The notes under the pieces are model-generated. The model worked only from the letters and a program-made list of their open reading frames with translations. It was not told the origin of the DNA and made no database searches. Made by a program: the position numbers and the translations under genes. From positions 166,575 to 230,574 of the forward strand of contig CAVRCI010000014.1 of assembly GCA_963719495.1 (NCBI GenBank): a stretch of DNA of 64,000 nt. Direction: 5' to 3'. The DNA comes from an uncultured Verrucomicrobiae bacterium (GTDB taxonomy: Bacteria > Verrucomicrobiota > Verrucomicrobiia > Chthoniobacterales > JAATET01). Positions 34,637-44,024 of this stretch are shown piece by piece (positions within the stretch are counted from its first letter, which is position 1; each line of letters opens with the position of its first letter).

Positions 34637-36108
34637 CCGCAGGCCCCACCACCGTCCATCCCACGACCACGCCAGGTCCGCTCACCGCGACCGACAAGGC
34701 GCTGATCGACCGGTCCACCCGGCTTCCGGTGCTTCTCTTTCTCGGATTTGCCGCCAGTTGGTTGGTCGTCGGTTCGCTGCTCGCGACTCTGGCGGCGGTG
34801 GAATTGGTGCTTCCGACCTGGTTCGACTTCGCGGGCTTCCTCTCCTATGGGCGGGTGCAGCCTGCCGCCACGAACGCCTTGATCTACGGTTGGGCTTCCC
34901 AGGCGGGTATCGGCCTTGGAATTTGGCTGACGGCCCGTCTCTGCCAGGCTTCGCTGCGGCACCAGACGCTGCTAATTTGCAGCGTTCTGCTCTGGAATCT
35001 GGCCGTCATGATCGGCGTCCTCGGCATTTTGTCCGGAGCCGGAACCTCCCTCGCCGCTTTCGACTTCCCTGGGTTCGTGAATCCCATCCTGCTGCTCGCT
35101 TATGGTTTGATGGCCGCATGGGCAATCGTGATGTTTCGTTTCCGGCAGCCCGGAGCCGTTTACGTCTCGATGTGGTATCTGCTCGCGGCTTTCCTGATTT
35201 TTCCCTGGCTCTACGCCACGGCGAGCGTCCTGCTCGTTTGGTTGCCGGTCGCTGGATCCGCGACTGGCCCGATCCACGCGTGGTTCGCGAACGGCATCAC
35301 CTCACTGTGGCTCGCGCCATTGGCAATCGCGATGATCTACTACTTCATCCCGCGGGCTGCCGGGCGGCCCGTTCACAGCTACGGGCTGGCGACGTTTGGT
35401 TTCTGGAGTCTGATTCTGCTGGGCGGTTGGAGCGGAATGACACGTCTGATCGGCGGTCCCGTTCCGGTCTGGATGGTGAGCATCAGCGTCGTCGCGACCG
35501 TCCTTCTGCTGATTCCCATGGTCGCCGTCGCCGCGAATCTTCGACTCACCTTCGGAGACGCCGTTCCGGTCGCCGATGGCACGAACTCCCTGTCATTTTT
35601 CGTGGCCGCCTTCTCCGCCTACGGAACGGCGGTCATCCTCGAAGCCCTTACCGTTTTCCCTTCGGCCAGCAGCGCTTATCACTTCACGATGCTGACGCCC
35701 GCGCTCGACCAGTTGATGCTCGGCGGCTTGGTGACCCTGACTTTTCTGGGTGGGATTTTCGCGGTCGTTCCCGGAGTGATCGGGACGGCGCTTCCGTTTC
35801 CGATGTTCCGGTCGTTGGCCCTGTGGCTGACCGTCACGGCTCTCACGCTGATCATCACCGCCGGAGTCGTTGGTGGCTTGACTCAGGGGCTGGCTATGCG
35901 CGACGTCGAGGTGACGTTCATCTACAGCGTCAAGTTTGCCGATCCGTATCGCACGCTTGTCGCCGTGAGTGAATTGCTGATTCTGGCCGCGAACTCCCTC
36001 GTTTTCATCATTCTGCTTTGGACCGGGATTCGCGCCGTCGCCTTCCCGGATTCGGAATCCACGATCGTCCGAAACAACGTGGTCAAAAGGGAGGTCGTCA
36101 CCGTATGA
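34633..36108 (+). CDS. cbb3 oxidase subunit I (CcoN)-like protein lacking metal-ligand histidines
   Basis: LSYGRVQP, VYVSMWY, YYFIPRAAGRPVHSY.L...GFWS align to CcoN; the ligand His positions are substituted. Confidence 0.75.
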   Translation: MTAGPTTVHPTTTPGPLTATDKALIDRSTRLPVLLFLGFAASWLVVGSLLATLAAVELVLPTWFDFAGFLSYGRVQPAATNALIYGWASQAGIGLGIWLTARLCQASLRHQTLLICSVLLWNLAVMIGVLGILSGAGTSLAAFDFPGFVNPILLLAYGLMAAWAIVMFRFRQPGAVYVSMWYLLAAFLIFPWLYATASVLLVWLPVAGSATGPIHAWFANGITSLWLAPLAIAMIYYFIPRAAGRPVHSYGLATFGFWSLILLGGWSGMTRLIGGPVPVWMVSISVVATVLLLIPMVAVAANLRLTFGDAVPVADGTNSLSFFVAAFSAYGTAVILEALTVFPSASSAYHFTMLTPALDQLMLGGLVTLTFLGGIFAVVPGVIGTALPFPMFRSLALWLTVTALTLIITAGVVGGLTQGLAMRDVEVTFIYSVKFADPYRTLVAVSELLILAANSLVFIILLWTGIRAVAFPDSESTIVRNNVVKREVVTV

Positions 36109-36734
36109 GCACTCTGCCCCGTCTCTTCATTGGCATTCTCGTCGTCTTCGGATCCTCGTGGTTCGGCTTCGTTGCCTACGCCTACGTTTCGCTGGCCGAT
36201 CTCCAGCCGGAGACTTCCGAAGAAACCGGGGGACTCGTGCCGCCACCGTGGCCCGGGACCGCGACTTTGGGCCAACACGTTTACGCCGCGAACGGCTGCG
36301 TTTACTGTCACAGCCAGCAAGTGCGCCCGAGCCCGCAGTTCACCGACATCCAATCGAAGCTCGGTGTCCGCCAGACGGTGCCGCGTGATTATTTGCGCAC
36401 CACGATGCCCTTCCTCGGAGACAGCCGGATCGGCTCCGATCTTTCAAATGCGGGGCTGACGGAGAAGGATGCGGATTGGTTCTACCAGTTGCTCTACGAG
36501 CCGACCATCGTTCAAGCGGGATCCAACATGCCCGCCTATCCGGATCTATTCGAGGAGCGTGAGATCGCCGGTCAACGCAGCGACTTGGCCGTCAACGTGA
36601 CCGGGCCGCGGCAGCCGAAGCCGGGGTTTGAAATCGTTCCGACCTCCGAAGCCATCGACCTGGTCGGTTACCTCATGTCGCTCAAGCGGGACTACCCGCT
36701 GCCGGAGGCGCCGACGCCGCCCGAAGAAGAATAA
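36105..36734 (+). CDS. CcoO-like monoheme cytochrome c
   Basis: GCVYCHSQQVR, RIGSDLS, SNMPAY. Confidence 0.85.
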   Translation: MSTLPRLFIGILVVFGSSWFGFVAYAYVSLADLQPETSEETGGLVPPPWPGTATLGQHVYAANGCVYCHSQQVRPSPQFTDIQSKLGVRQTVPRDYLRTTMPFLGDSRIGSDLSNAGLTEKDADWFYQLLYEPTIVQAGSNMPAYPDLFEEREIAGQRSDLAVNVTGPRQPKPGFEIVPTSEAIDLVGYLMSLKRDYPLPEAPTPPEEE

Positions 36735-36756
36735 AATATTCACCAAACCTTTTCTC

Positions 36757-37515
36757 GTGACCGATCCCAATTCCAATCCGACCGACGAGCCTCGTTTCGC
36801 CCAAGGCGAAGCGCCAGCGGCAGGTGCCGCGCCGGTGCCATCCTGGTTGTGGATTCTGGCCGTCGTGCTGGTGGGTTGGTCCGCCCTCTATCTGGGAATG
36901 AACAGCGGCGGATTCGAGTCGAATATCTTCAACGCCGACCAGGTTTCTTGGGCTGGTGGTGGTGGCGGTCCCGTGGCACCGCCGGACCCGATGGTGATCG
37001 GAAAGCGGATCTACACCGCGAATTGCGTCGTCTGCCATCAGGCGACTGGCATGGGCGTGGCGGGACAGTTCCCACCGCTGGTCGGTAGTGAATGGGTGAT
37101 AACCGGCACCGACTGGCACGGGGACAACCATCTCGCGAAAATTCTCCTCAACGGAATGCAGGGGCCCGTGCAGGTGAAAGGTAACACCTACAACAACGCA
37201 ATGCCGGCCTGGAAGCAGTTGAAGGATTCCGACATCGCGTCCGTCTTGACCTACATTCGGAACGAGTGGGGCAACGAGGCACCCGCGATCACGGCGGATT
37301 ACATCGCGGCGACGCGCGAGGAAGTCGGCGACCGCAGCGAGCCTTGGACCCAGTCCGCTTTGCAGGCCATTCCCAAGACGATGATTTCGGACGCCGGAGC
37401 CTCCGCTCCCGCCGCCGACGGTGAGGGTGAGGGGGAGGGGGCCGAAGCCGGGGATGCCGCTCCGGAAGCCGAGGCCGCTCCAACCGAAGCGGGGGAGTCG
37501 AGCGATGCCGCCTAG
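36757..37515 (+). CDS. Membrane-anchored cytochrome c
   Basis: CVVCH, FPPLVGSEWV, MPAW, TYIRNEWGN; GTG start inferred. Confidence 0.85.
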   Translation: MTDPNSNPTDEPRFAQGEAPAAGAAPVPSWLWILAVVLVGWSALYLGMNSGGFESNIFNADQVSWAGGGGGPVAPPDPMVIGKRIYTANCVVCHQATGMGVAGQFPPLVGSEWVITGTDWHGDNHLAKILLNGMQGPVQVKGNTYNNAMPAWKQLKDSDIASVLTYIRNEWGNEAPAITADYIAATREEVGDRSEPWTQSALQAIPKTMISDAGASAPAADGEGEGEGAEAGDAAPEAEAAPTEAGESSDAA

Positions 37516-37582
37516 CCGGAGAAAGCCGAACAAAGTCCCTTTATTTGCAGAGTTCTCCAACCGCCTCTACTTTCCTGTCTCG

Positions 37583-38464
37583 ATGATCCGCCGTCCATTT
37601 CCCAAGTTATTCCCGTTGCTCGTTCTTGGGTTTCTCCTTTCGTGCTGGTTTGCGCCGGAAGCGATGGCCGAGGCCCGCACGAACAACCCTTACTGGACGG
37701 CCCCGGCGGCGACCGTCGACGCGCTGAAGACGGATCTGATCATCAACACGATTTTCTACCTCACGGTGGGAGTCTTCGTTCTGGTGCAGGCTTTCTACAT
37801 TTATTACCTCATCCGCTACCGCCGCCGTCCCGGGCACAAGGCGCACTACATTCACGGAAACAACAAGGCGGAGTTGATCTGGACAGCCGCACCGACGGTG
37901 ATCTTCCTGGCGCTCGCAATCTGGGGCGACAGCGTCTGGAAGGACATGACGTCGACACCCGCCCCGGTCGATGCGATCGAAGTCGAGGTGGTTGGTTACC
38001 AGTTTGCGTGGGATCTGCGCTACGCCGGTGCGGATGGCGTGCTCGACAAGGTTGCGATCGAGAAAATGGGTGGGGTCGAAAACAAGTTCGGCCTCCAGCG
38101 GGCGGATTGGGACGAGTCGGATGATTTTTCCTCCACCGAAATGGTGATTCCGGTTGGCAAGCCCGTCCACGTGTTCCTCCGGTCGCGCGACGTCATTCAT
38201 TCCTTCTACGTGCCGGAATTCCGCCTTTACCAGGATGCAGTTCCGGGGCGGACGATCGACTGGATGTGGTTCGTGACCACCCGCGAGGGGCAATTTGCGT
38301 TGGCCTGTAGCCAGCTCTGTGGCACGGGCCACTACAACATGCAGGCCCCGATCCGGGTCGTGAGCCAGGAGGAATACGACGAGTGGTCGGCTGGCAAAAT
38401 GAAGAGCCGGGCCGAGGAAGTCGCGGCAGCTCGCGGCGACGACAAGGTCGCGGCGGTGCGGTAG
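37583..38464 (+). CDS. coxB: Cytochrome c oxidase subunit II (CuA)
   Basis: DVIHSF, DAVPG, CSQLCGTGHYNM. Confidence 0.9.
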   Translation: MIRRPFPKLFPLLVLGFLLSCWFAPEAMAEARTNNPYWTAPAATVDALKTDLIINTIFYLTVGVFVLVQAFYIYYLIRYRRRPGHKAHYIHGNNKAELIWTAAPTVIFLALAIWGDSVWKDMTSTPAPVDAIEVEVVGYQFAWDLRYAGADGVLDKVAIEKMGGVENKFGLQRADWDESDDFSSTEMVIPVGKPVHVFLRSRDVIHSFYVPEFRLYQDAVPGRTIDWMWFVTTREGQFALACSQLCGTGHYNMQAPIRVVSQEEYDEWSAGKMKSRAEEVAAARGDDKVAAVR

Positions 38465-38576
38465 GACGGCGGTCGAGCGTCGGGCTGGACCGTTGCGTCG
38501 GCGATTAAATGCGGACACGGCTCGGCGGGAGCCTTGCTCTCCGAGGCTGGGTCATCACCTTCGGCGATGAGGTTTG

Positions 38577-38790
38577 TCACCCGGGATAGGCGCGGATCGG
38601 GATTTGCTCGATGAATTGTTCGATTCGGCGGTCCCAGTAGGCCCATTCGTGGGCACCGGGGCTTTTTTTGTAAACGAGCGGGAGGGATTGAAAGTGCGTC
38701 CAAGGCCGGGCCGGAGGGCGAAGTGAGGTGGGGATCGACGAACCCGCACGTGTCGAGCCGCAAGTCAGGCCCACGCACGGGTGGCCATGA
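38577..38790 (-). pseudogene. Degraded esterase C-terminal remnant
   Basis: PDLRLDTCG...ALDALSIP in one frame and PGAHEWAYWDRRIEQF in another. Confidence 0.55.
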
Positions 38791-38861
38791 CCGCCCACGC
38801 GGCGAATCAAACCTCCCGCGACCCTCGAATTTGACGGCAAAGCGCCCCGTCAACCCACTGA

Positions 38862-38895
38862 CCTGTAAAATGGGACGGCCGTCCCATTTTACAGG
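38862..38895. repeat. Perfect 34-bp palindrome
   Basis: CCTGTAAAATGGGACGG|CCGTCCCATTTTACAGG. Confidence 0.95.
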
Positions 38896-39027
38896 AAATG
38901 AGGTGGGCGGGGATAGGCTCGGGGGAGACTCGCTTCTTGCTCCCGCCAAGCGGGATTTTGCCCGTTGGAAGGCCGCAGGCCCGGGTTCCCCGGACGGAGA
39001 GCGGCGACCAAGCGGCTATATTCGCTC

Positions 39028-39061
39028 CCGATAAAACGTAACGGCCGTTACGTTTTATCGG
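39028..39061. repeat. Perfect 34-bp palindrome
   Basis: CCGATAAAACGTAACGG|CCGTTACGTTTTATCGG. Confidence 0.95.
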
Positions 39062-39372
39062 TCGACTTGGCGGGGACCCGGGATGGGAGGATGGGCCGGG
39101 GGGGGGCGCTTGGATGAGGTGGGGGTCCCGATGGCGCGGGCCTTTGGATCGCGTATGTGTCTGACGGATTCGTCGCCTGACTCCTGGCTTCTCCCCGGCC
39201 AGACGTTCTTGGCGTTCGCGAGAGTCTTCTTCCGATCGGGAGTCGCTCTCGATCACACCCGGGTGCCGGGGGGGGCTTTTCGATTTGATTGGCTTCGCCG
39301 AGTTTGCGCTGGTGATTGGCTGGAGCCGGAGCGAGGCGGAGTCGGACGAAGGCCGTCCGATGGGCACGCTCG

Positions 39373-39837
39373 TCAGGCGGTGGCGAGTTCGGCGGTGATC
39401 GCGACGCCGAGGGCCCGGGGTCCGTCGCCGCCGAGGGTTTCGTCGACGACTTCGAGGCGACGAATGAGGTCGAGGACTTCGGAGCGGGCGAACGGGCCGC
39501 CGGCGGCGGCGCAGAAGTGGGTGCGGCATCCGAAGGGGCGGGAGTCGTAGATGAGGCACTTGGCGGTGCGGGGATCGAGGAGCGGGCAGGCTCCGTCGGA
39601 TCGTTCGGGGAGGGATTTGCGGCCGGAGGCGCGGAGGGCCTGGGCGGCGACGCGGGCTTCGCCGCGGGTGAGTTGCGGGGTGCGCCCGGTGATTTTGAAG
39701 TGGCAGCATTCGGTGCGCAGAGTGCAGGCGCGGTCCACGGGGCGCTGGGTGAGATCGGCGTAGACGGCGCGGACTTCGGCGAGAGCGGTGGTCTCGGCGG
39801 GATGAAGTTCGCGGGATTGGGAGCGGCGGCGTTTCAT
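39373..39837 (-). CDS. YkgJ-like cysteine cluster protein
   Basis: CTLRTECC, ACPLL, CLIYDSRPFGCRTHFC. Confidence 0.8.
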   Translation of the reverse strand: MKRRRSQSRELHPAETTALAEVRAVYADLTQRPVDRACTLRTECCHFKITGRTPQLTRGEARVAAQALRASGRKSLPERSDGACPLLDPRTAKCLIYDSRPFGCRTHFCAAAGGPFARSEVLDLIRRLEVVDETLGGDGPRALGVAITAELATA

Positions 39838-41069
39838 GGTGTGGAGTCGAGGGGTTGGGCGAGCGAGCGGCCGGCGAGCCAGCCGGTGGTCCAGGCGGCT
39901 TGGAAGTTGAAGCCGCCGGTGATGCCGTCGACGTCGAGAAGTTCGCCGGCGAAGTGGAGGCCGGGTTGGATGCGGCTTTCCATCGTCTTGAAATCGACTT
40001 CCTTGCCGGGGATGCCGCCGCAGGTCACGAACTCGTCTTTGTTGAGGCTTTTGCCGGTGACGTCGACGGTGGTGGCGGTGAGCCGGGTGGCGAGGTCTTC
40101 GCGGTGGGGGCGGGTGAGGTTCGTCCAGCGGGTGTCGGGTGGGATCGCGGCGTTCGCGCAGAGCTGCTCCCAGAGTCGGGATGGGAGGTCGCCGATGGGA
40201 GAATTGAAGACCTTGCGGGTGGGATTGGATTGGCGCTGGGAACCGAGGACCTCATCGGCGGTCGCCGCGGTGGTGCCGGGGAGAAAATTCAGATTCAGGG
40301 AAAAGTGGTAGTCGAGCGATTCCAGTTCCCGGGCACCCCAGGCGGAGAGTTTGAGGATGGCGGGGCCGCTGACGCCCCGGTGGGTGAAGAGAAGCGGAGC
40401 GGTCTGGCGGAGGCGGGGGCCGGGGATGGAGGCCTCGGCCTCGAGCGAGACGCCGGCGAGTGCGTGAACCCAGCGGGCGTCGACGTCGAACGTGAAGAGG
40501 GAGGGAACGGGTGGGAGCGGGGAATGGCCGAAGGTGGCGGCGATGCGCGCGCCGACCGGGACGCGGCTGCCGCCGGTGGCGAGGAGGAGGCGGTGGCAGG
40601 GAAAGGGACCGTCGGCGGTCGTCACCTCGAAACCGCCCGGAGTGGTGCGGGCGTCGGAGATCCCGGAACGCGCGTGTCGGTGGACCCCGGCGGAATCGGC
40701 CGCTTCGAGGAGGCAATCGACGATGGTCTCGGAGCGGTTCGTGCGGGGGAAGATGCGACCGTCGGCTTCGGTGTGAAGGGCGACGCCGCGGGTCTCGAAC
40801 CAGGCGAGGGTGTCGGTGACGCCGAAGTGGTGGAGCGGGCCGATGAGCGGGCGTTCGCCGCGTGGGTAGCGGGTGGCGAGTTCCCGGGCTTCGAGGCAGG
40901 CGTGCGTCACGTTGCATCGGCCACCGCCGGAGCGGGCGACTTTGGTGAGAAAGTGGGCGGACTGCTCGAAGACGTGGACTTCGGCAGCCGGGTTGGCCTC
41001 GGCGCAGGTGATCGCGGCGAAGAATCCGGCGGCTCCCCCGCCGGCGATGGCGACGGTCGGCGGCCTCAC
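39834..41069 (-). CDS. HI0933/BaiN-family flavoprotein
   Basis: GGGAAG, SGGGRCNVT, ATGG, VTCGGI, GELLDVDGITGGFNFQAAW; GTG start inferred. Confidence 0.9.
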   Translation of the reverse strand: MRPPTVAIAGGGAAGFFAAITCAEANPAAEVHVFEQSAHFLTKVARSGGGRCNVTHACLEARELATRYPRGERPLIGPLHHFGVTDTLAWFETRGVALHTEADGRIFPRTNRSETIVDCLLEAADSAGVHRHARSGISDARTTPGGFEVTTADGPFPCHRLLLATGGSRVPVGARIAATFGHSPLPPVPSLFTFDVDARWVHALAGVSLEAEASIPGPRLRQTAPLLFTHRGVSGPAILKLSAWGARELESLDYHFSLNLNFLPGTTAATADEVLGSQRQSNPTRKVFNSPIGDLPSRLWEQLCANAAIPPDTRWTNLTRPHREDLATRLTATTVDVTGKSLNKDEFVTCGGIPGKEVDFKTMESRIQPGLHFAGELLDVDGITGGFNFQAAWTTGWLAGRSLAQPLDSTP

Positions 41070-41076
41070 CTGCGGG

Positions 41077-41427
41077 TCAATCCTCGCCGCGGAAGTGCGC
41101 GATGGCCGTCGGTCGATCGTGGAAGATCGGGTAGGCGGTGGCAAATCCAGCGAGGTCGAAGATGCGGCGTACTTCGCCCTGGATCGAGCAGACGGCGAGT
41201 TTGCCACCCTGGCGGCTCAGCTTCTTTCCGACCATGAAGAGCTCGCGAAAACCAGCTGAGGCCGTGTAATCGAGGCCCTTGAGGTCGACGAGCAGGTCCT
41301 TCATGCCCTCGACGTCGGTGATGGTCTGAAACTCGTTGTGGAGCTCCTGCCAATTGTCGGGCTCGATGCGTCCCGAGATCTCGAGGATGGTGACGTTGCC
41401 GTCTTGGGAGGTGAGGTATTCGGCCAT
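41077..41427 (-). CDS. STAS domain protein (anti-sigma factor antagonist)
   Basis: ISGRI, VDLKGLDYTASAGFR, VRRIFDLAGF. Confidence 0.85.
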   Translation of the reverse strand: MAEYLTSQDGNVTILEISGRIEPDNWQELHNEFQTITDVEGMKDLLVDLKGLDYTASAGFRELFMVGKKLSRQGGKLAVCSIQGEVRRIFDLAGFATAYPIFHDRPTAIAHFRGED

Positions 41428-41485
41428 ACTAGAGCCAAGGGAATTAGACGGTTGCGGCAGCATCGCCAAGCAAAAGATCCCTCAA

Positions 41486-42949
41486 TGTCGGCGACTGTTC
41501 AAAAGCGGAATTCTCGCCTGTTCAAAAGCGAACAGCGATTTTAGAGGCTGAAGTGGCCTAGAATGGGGGGCCAGACGGTTTTGGGAGGGTGTTCGACGAC
41601 CCAGAAACGGCTTCCGGGATGGTGGACGATGGTGACGCTCTTGCGCTGGGTGTTGGAGATCTCGTAGTTGGAGCCATCGAAGTCGATGGTGTGGTCATTG
41701 TTCACCCGGCGGGAGCAGCGGATTGAGAGGTGTAAGTCTAGGAGCGCGGAAGGCGGGATGGGGCGCATGCGCCCGCTGTCGCCAAGCGACTGCGCTTCCC
41801 ACAGATGGAGCGGGACCTTGCCGGTGGAGCGATTGACGGTACGGTTCTGCCTGGCAATCTCCATCTGAAGAATTTCGTCGGCCTGGGGCCAAGTTTTGGC
41901 GCTGGCATGGGCGAGTAGTGTGACGAGCCGTCTCTGGAAAGTCCCGAAACGGCGCTCGATCTTACCCTTAGCTTGTGGGGTCGGTGCCACTAAGTGAGCG
42001 ACGCCGAGTCCGCGGAGGGCGCGTTGGAATTCACTCTTAGGATCGCAGTGATCGCCGCTGGAACTTGGCCCGAAGAGGCTGAGGCCATCAGTGTAAACGA
42101 TCTGCGGCAGGCCCCAGGTCTCGAAGGATTCGCGGAAATGTCCGAAATGGTTCCAAGTGGTATCGGATTCCACGAAGCGACCTGCTAGATTCAGGCCCGA
42201 ATGGTCGTCGACGGTGAGCAGTAAAGTCTGTTTAGCGGCGGCGGGCCACCATTGGTGGATCGAACTGTCGTGCTGCCAAAGTTCGCCGATGCGAGCGCGA
42301 CGGAAGCGCCGATAAACGCGAGGCTTGCGGGTCGGCGAGGGCACCAGATGGGCGTAGCGCGCTTTGACGTGGGTCTCGACGACCGAGCGCGCCCGAACGA
42401 ATCCGCAGAGTCGCTCAAGTTCGTCGGCGACTAACTGGTAATTGGGTGGGTTCTGAAGCGGCAGAAACTCTTGGAGAAAGCGTTCAACTTCGGGCGGCCA
42501 GTCGGCGCGACGAGCGCCCCCGCTGGCAGCCGGGGCGTAGGAATTACGATTTGCGAGGTAGGCCGTGCGGAGTTCATAGAGCCTGGTTTTGCCGATGCCT
42601 AACTGGCTTGCGGCATTGCTGGCATCGAGAAGTCCTGCATTGAAATCTGCAAGTGTGCGACGGACAAAATCTGGCGGGAGACGGTGGGTAATCTGCTTCT
42701 TTTCAATCCGGGATAATCGACCAGGCGAGCGCGCAAGCCAGCGCGTTCCACAAACGCTTCACCCCAACGGCTGGTATCCTTGGGGCACTGGGGCCGGGGA
42801 GCAGGCGCGCACGCGGGAAGCGCCTCTCCGTCAGCCTCCGCTACGCTCCGGCCTCCTCCGAGGCGCTTCCCGCGTCTCCCAATACAACGCCCCAAAACCC
42901 CCAATCCACTTTTGAACAGTCTCCGTTCACTTTTGAACAGGCCCCGCCA
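41486..42949 (-). mobile_element. IS1202/IS481-like insertion sequence (1464 bp)
   Basis: Ends TGTCGGCGACTGTTCAAAAG / TGGCGGGGCCTGTTCAAAAG, each with a second internal TGTTCAAAAG; 17-bp flanking repeat AGCAAAAGATCCCTC(A/G)A at 41469-41485 and 42950-42966. Confidence 0.85.
41541..42707 (-). CDS. DDE (rve-type) transposase, probable ATT start
   Basis: GELWQHDSS, VDDHS, YTDG, PQAKGKIERRF; frame is open upstream through an HTH (AASQLGIGKTRLYELR). Confidence 0.8.
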   Translation of the reverse strand: MEKKQITHRLPPDFVRRTLADFNAGLLDASNAASQLGIGKTRLYELRTAYLANRNSYAPAASGGARRADWPPEVERFLQEFLPLQNPPNYQLVADELERLCGFVRARSVVETHVKARYAHLVPSPTRKPRVYRRFRRARIGELWQHDSSIHQWWPAAAKQTLLLTVDDHSGLNLAGRFVESDTTWNHFGHFRESFETWGLPQIVYTDGLSLFGPSSSGDHCDPKSEFQRALRGLGVAHLVAPTPQAKGKIERRFGTFQRRLVTLLAHASAKTWPQADEILQMEIARQNRTVNRSTGKVPLHLWEAQSLGDSGRMRPIPPSALLDLHLSIRCSRRVNNDHTIDFDGSNYEISNTQRKSVTIVHHPGSRFWVVEHPPKTVWPPILGHFSL

Positions 42950-43172
42950 AGCAAAAGATCCCTCGACAATGCGGAGGAGAAGCCAATCGATTCGGGATGC
43001 CCGATCAAACCTCGATGGGGCCGGTATCGCAGTTTTGTCGAGGGTTGCGAGTTGGCAGGCTCGACTGCGCCAGGCGGCATGGAGGTCATGGCGAGGGAGG
43101 GTTTGGCAGAAGATAGGGGAAACCCCGATGGCGTAAGCGGCAACCTTTCGTTACGGATAGAAGTTTGCACCA

Positions 43173-43871
43173 ATGCCGGTCACGCTCACCCGAGGAAGAT
43201 CCACGCCGCTTAGAGAAGTGCGGTACATCCTGCTTGCGGACGATCACCCGATCGTCCTCGCGGGATTGCGTGGTTTGCTGGAGCAGGAGCCGGACCTCTC
43301 GATCATTGGAACGGTGCGGACGAGCAAGGAATTATTCGTTACGCTGGAGGCGATCCGGCCGTCGTTGTTGATCCTGGATTTGAGTCTGGGCAAGGCGGAT
43401 GGGCTCGATGTGCTGAAGTCGGTGCGGGCGATTCACGAGCGGCTGGCGGTGCTGGTTTTTTCGATGCACGACGAGCGGGATTTTGCGCTGCGGGTGGTGA
43501 ACGCGGGGGCGATGGGCTACTTGATGAAGGACAACGCGGCCGAGCAGATGGTGGCGGCGGTGCGAGCGGTGCTCGGTGGCCAGGTTTATCTGAGCGAAGC
43601 GGTGCTGGCGGGGCGGCGGCTGGGCGAGGCGCTCGACGGGGAGGGCGGGGTCGACGGATTGACCGACCGGGAACTTTCGATCTTCCGGATGATCGGGAAG
43701 GGGATGTCCACGCGGGAGATTGCCGAGGATTTGCACCTGAGCGTGAAGACGGTCGAGAAGCACCGGGAGAACATCAAGCGCAAGCTGGGTATCGACGGCG
43801 GGTCGAAGCTGGCCGCCGAGGCCGCGGTCTACGTGTGGCGATCGGCGGGTGGTGAGACGTCGGGGGGCTGA
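43173..43871 (+). CDS. NarL/LuxR-family response regulator
   Basis: LADDH, LILDLSL, LTDRELSIF...IAEDLHLSVKTVEKHR; start may be GTG 43218. Confidence 0.92.
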   Translation: MPVTLTRGRSTPLREVRYILLADDHPIVLAGLRGLLEQEPDLSIIGTVRTSKELFVTLEAIRPSLLILDLSLGKADGLDVLKSVRAIHERLAVLVFSMHDERDFALRVVNAGAMGYLMKDNAAEQMVAAVRAVLGGQVYLSEAVLAGRRLGEALDGEGGVDGLTDRELSIFRMIGKGMSTREIAEDLHLSVKTVEKHRENIKRKLGIDGGSKLAAEAAVYVWRSAGGETSGG

Positions 43872-44024
43872 GACGTCGGGGGGTTGAGTCGGTTGGGGGG
43901 CGTTTCTTGGGGGGTTGCGGCTGGGAGCCGGTTTGGGTTGGTGATCGGCTGGAAGTCGATGGTCACTGGGCCGGTGGGCAATGGGAGGTTGGCTGGGGGT
44001 GGGCTGGTGATCTAAAACGGTGGG

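Noticed and set aside
34633..36108. Functional cbb3 oxidase ccoN
   Set aside because: Heme and CuB histidines are not found
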